A stretch of DNA of 63,873 nucleotides, counting the filler, from Octopus bimaculoides (Eukaryota): the NCBI RefSeq assembly GCF_001194135.2. It is 6 parts of 6 records of this genome, joined end to end, with 100 filler letters (N's around TTAATTAATTAA, not from the genome) between each part and the next. Parts side by side here need not be neighbours in the genome. Positions count along the whole stretch, not along the records: positions 60,983 to 63,873 come from NC_068994.1; 5 more parts are not named here. The stretch is one strand, 5' to 3'. Below the pieces are notes generated by a model that was not told the origin of the DNA, searched no databases, and saw only the letters and a list, made by a program, of their open reading frames with translations. The position numbers and the translations under genes are program-made. Below, piece after piece: positions 60,983 to 63,873 of the stretch. The number at the start of each line of letters is the position of its first letter. The first letter of the stretch is position 1.

Positions 60983-61348
60983 AGATCGTTGCCAGTGCCC
61001 CTGGACTAGTTCTTGTGTGGGTGGCACATGAGATGCACCATTTTGAGCGTGGCCGTTGCCAGTACCGCCTGACTGGCTCCTGTAGGATTTTCGAGCGAGA
61101 TCGTTGCCAGTGCGGGTGGCACATAAAAGACACCATTTCGAGCGTGGCCGTTTTCGTGCGGGTGACACGTAAAAGCACCCACTACACTCTCTGAGTGGTT
61201 GGCGTTAGGAAGGGCATCCAGCTGTAGAAACTCTGCCAAATCAGACTGGAGCCTGGTGTTGCCATCCGGTTTCACCAGTCCTCAGTCAAATCGTCCAACC
61301 CATGCTAGCATGGAAAGCGGACGTTAAACGATGATGATGATGATGATG
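60983..61348 (+). mobile_element. SINE 3' part with internal modular repeats and (GAT)n tail (family F)
   Basis: GTGGTTGGCGTTAGGAAGGGCATCCAGCTGTAGAAAC...CCCATGCTAGCATGGAAAGCGGACGTTAAAC(GAT)n. The 5' part is lost in a gap. Confidence 0.7.
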
Positions 61349-61387
61349 AAAATGACACTTCCTATGAAAAACTTAAAGGGGAGATGT

Positions 61388-61522
61388 AGGTTCTTATTCT
61401 ATTGACCTTGAAAGCATGAAAAGCAAAACAGACCACAGCGTTATTTGAACTCAGAATGTGAAGATGAAGAAAATGCAGCTAAGCATTTTGCCCCGCATGC
61501 TAATGATTCCACCAGCTTGCTA
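61388..61522 (-). mobile_element. Nin-domain-type SINE remnant
   Basis: TATTGACC..GAAAGCATGAAAAGCAAA...ATTTGAACTCAGAATG...CTAAGCATTTTGCCC.GCATGCTAA. Confidence 0.65.
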
Positions 61523-61949
61523 TAATTTTTTTATTTATTTACAAATATTGATAAAAAATATAACATTTTTGTTTACTAATATCAAACACCTGAACACGTC
61601 AGCTGAGATATAGAGAACTCATTCATGTGTAGAATAAGTTTATGTGCATTCACTATGTATGTGTATTCATCTGATTTAATATAATGTTAAGGTTTGCCTG
61701 AAAGAGAGAAGTCAGAGAAAGTAAGTGGGGATAAGTGGGACAGGATAAGCAAAACTGGCCCTCTATTCATTACTATGGCACAAGGTGTGCGGACAACACA
61801 GGGCAACCAAGTCTTTTAATTTTGACCAAGATTAGCATCAAGGTACAATAGAGTGTAAAATATATGACAACAAGACCCCTTTTTCCAGCAGTATATTCTT
61901 TTAGTGTATTATTTTTATGATGATTTTAGTATTTTTTAAATGTTTACTT

Positions 61950-63166
61950 CCATCCAAAGATGAAGCAAATATGAACTAGATAAAGAGGAGCAAGAGAGAA
62001 AAAGATGAATTACTAAAGCAAAATGAAGAGTCATTGTTGAAGTAAGTTGTCGGAAATGAAAATCAAAATAAACATGGAACTCCACAATAAAAAGATGATG
62101 CACTATATTTGTGAATGTGAAAGATGTTAATCATGATAATAAGGCCCATCAGAACCTTTAATATCATCAAACCCTTCACAATAATTCAGGTAAAAAGAAA
62201 GACAATTCCAATCGTTTCTTCATCTATTTCAGATGACAAACATAAAGATGGGTCTGTTCATAATAATAAGGAAAATGGTTTAGACAAAACCACAGCAGAT
62301 GAACTTGAAAGATGCAGGTTTATGGCTAGAAATTATAAATGATGATTCATTTATGATCTTAGTCCACCAAAGTAGCTCCATTGTTCAGCATCTGAATAGG
62401 GATTTTCCCAAGGTGAAGGTGACAAGAAATGATAGCACTTTGATTTAAAAATGTAAAGAAGAAATGAAAAAGATGTCTTGTGATCTTATGGAATGAAGAA
62501 AACTTAGGACGTGGAGGATTCGTTTCCCTTCTAATAATTTATTGCATTGCTTTTGTTGTTTGTAATTTGCACAATGAAGTAAATCCCGTTTCACTTCTGA
62601 AAATGAGTTGATCAGCTACTGGAGATTGAATCCCCAAAAATCAAAGAGCATGGACCAAGTCAAGTACATTGCATGGTGTTTGCACAACAGATAGAAATTG
62701 AAGTCAGAATTTTACCAAAGGGAAACAACTGACAAGAAAGAGTGGATGATTATCAAAGAGAAAATAAAAAAAAACGAAAGGACATTCTTGTGTCACTCAT
62801 CTTAATTCAAAGGAGATGTTCTTTCAAGACAGAGGTTATATTTTGAAAGGAATTCCACTGCCACCCACAAATTCCTTCTGGTTTCGGAATCATTACATCC
62901 AGTTTCAGTTTTGTTCTTCAGTCCCTCATGATGTCTCTTAAGATCCAATTTTGTTTTACCAGAAATTTGATAATATCTACTAATCCCATAAGAATGTCTC
63001 TCTGCTTTCTTATTTTCTCTTTGATAATTATCTGCTCTCTCTTGTCAATTGTTTCCCTTTGGTAAATTCTGACTTCAATTTCTATCCATTGTGCAAACAC
63101 CATCCAATGTACTTGACTTTGGTTCATGTTCTTTGATTTTTGGAATTGAATCTCCAATAGCTGATC
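61950..63166 (+). mobile_element. hAT transposase relic (TTF-type zinc finger and following domain) with internal inverted duplication
   Basis: LLHCFCCL.F near 62545 on the + strand. The inverted copy reads WIEIEVR...ETIDK..Q..IKEK...DIL..LVDIIKFLVKQN..LR, then VEFLSKYN..LKEHL. Highly degenerate, left boundary uncertain. Confidence 0.7.
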
Positions 63167-63527
63167 CCAATATGCTTCCCCACACTGTTGTAACTTTCAA
63201 ACGGTGCCACCCCCCACCCAAATGCAACCCCCCCACACACACATGCATACACATCATTACCAGTTAACGCTTGTTTTGGCTCTGTATTTCTATGGATATT
63301 GCTAGCACAGCAGTTGCTGCTATTTTCAGCTGTTTGGTGTCTATCATTGATAAGGTCAAATCAGGCTAAAATCATATAATCTGATTGTCCGAGCAGCAGA
63401 AGTAGCAGTGATTGCCTGCCACTGGTATTTTATGCACCAAATAACCATATGAGAGTTTTCTCTTCGTAAATATCGCAGTATTTATGTGTTCTGATGCAAC
63501 ATTCACTTTTAAGCAGGGATTATTTTA

Positions 63528-63873
63528 CCTTAATGACTGGTGTAGCAGCACCATAGTAAACTGCTACAAAGGTAAAGGTGACGCTTTAGACACTAATAAT
63601 TACAGAGGCATCAAGCTGTTAGATCAGGTTATGAAAGTTACGGAGAGGGTCATAGCCCAACTAATTAGGGAGCAAATCAATTTAGATGAGATGCAGTTTG
63701 GGTTCGTGCCAGGTAAAAGCACCACTGATGCCATATTTCTAGTGAGACAGCTGCAGGAGAAATATCTAGCCAAGGATAAACCTCTGTACCTGGCCTTCGT
63801 TGACATGGAGAAAGCCTTTGACAGGGTCCCCGATCCGTTATCTGGTGGTCAATGAGGAAACTTGGGATAGAAG
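63528..63873 (+). mobile_element. RTE-clade LINE reverse transcriptase fragment, running off the window
   Basis: NDW...IVNCYKGKGDALDTNNYRGIKLL...QFGFVPGKSTTDAIF...YLAFVDMEKAFDRVP, then a 1-nt frameshift to RSVIWWSMRKLGIE. Confidence 0.9.

Overview
Repeat-saturated, AT-rich eukaryotic genomic DNA from a gappy short-read assembly, with many N runs and five artificial 100-bp spacers containing TTAATTAATTAA. The very high microsatellite density and the SINE families present suggest an octopus (coleoid cephalopod). That assignment comes from recalled repeat landscapes, not from a search. I found no convincing host protein-coding gene, rRNA or intact tRNA. Almost all ORFs in the track are microsatellite or gap translations. 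The recognisable coding content is all transposon relics: (1) a 5'-truncated Penelope-like element (RT thumb + GIY-YIG, 10696-12261) with inverted terminal arms and a 14-bp TSD; (2) a second PLE fragment with a Cys-rich linker (46835-47438); (3) four fragments of R4/Dong-type restriction-endonuclease LINEs, three of which abut microsatellites, two (TAA)n and one (TACA)n; (4) a near-complete DD34E Tc1 element nested in one of them; (5) hAT, mariner-like, RTE and CR1/Jockey-like remnants; and (6) many tRNA-derived SINEs and fold-back MITEs. The most interesting signal is an RNA-level one. Five minimal hammerhead-ribozyme motifs from at least three repeat families occur here. In the Penelope terminal arm the hammerhead lies about 70 nt downstream of a tRNA-derived Pol III A/B-box cassette with no T4 terminator in between. 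This suggests a Pol III-driven self-cleaving small-RNA module carried by an autonomous-type PLE. Boundaries were placed by eye and may be off by several bases.
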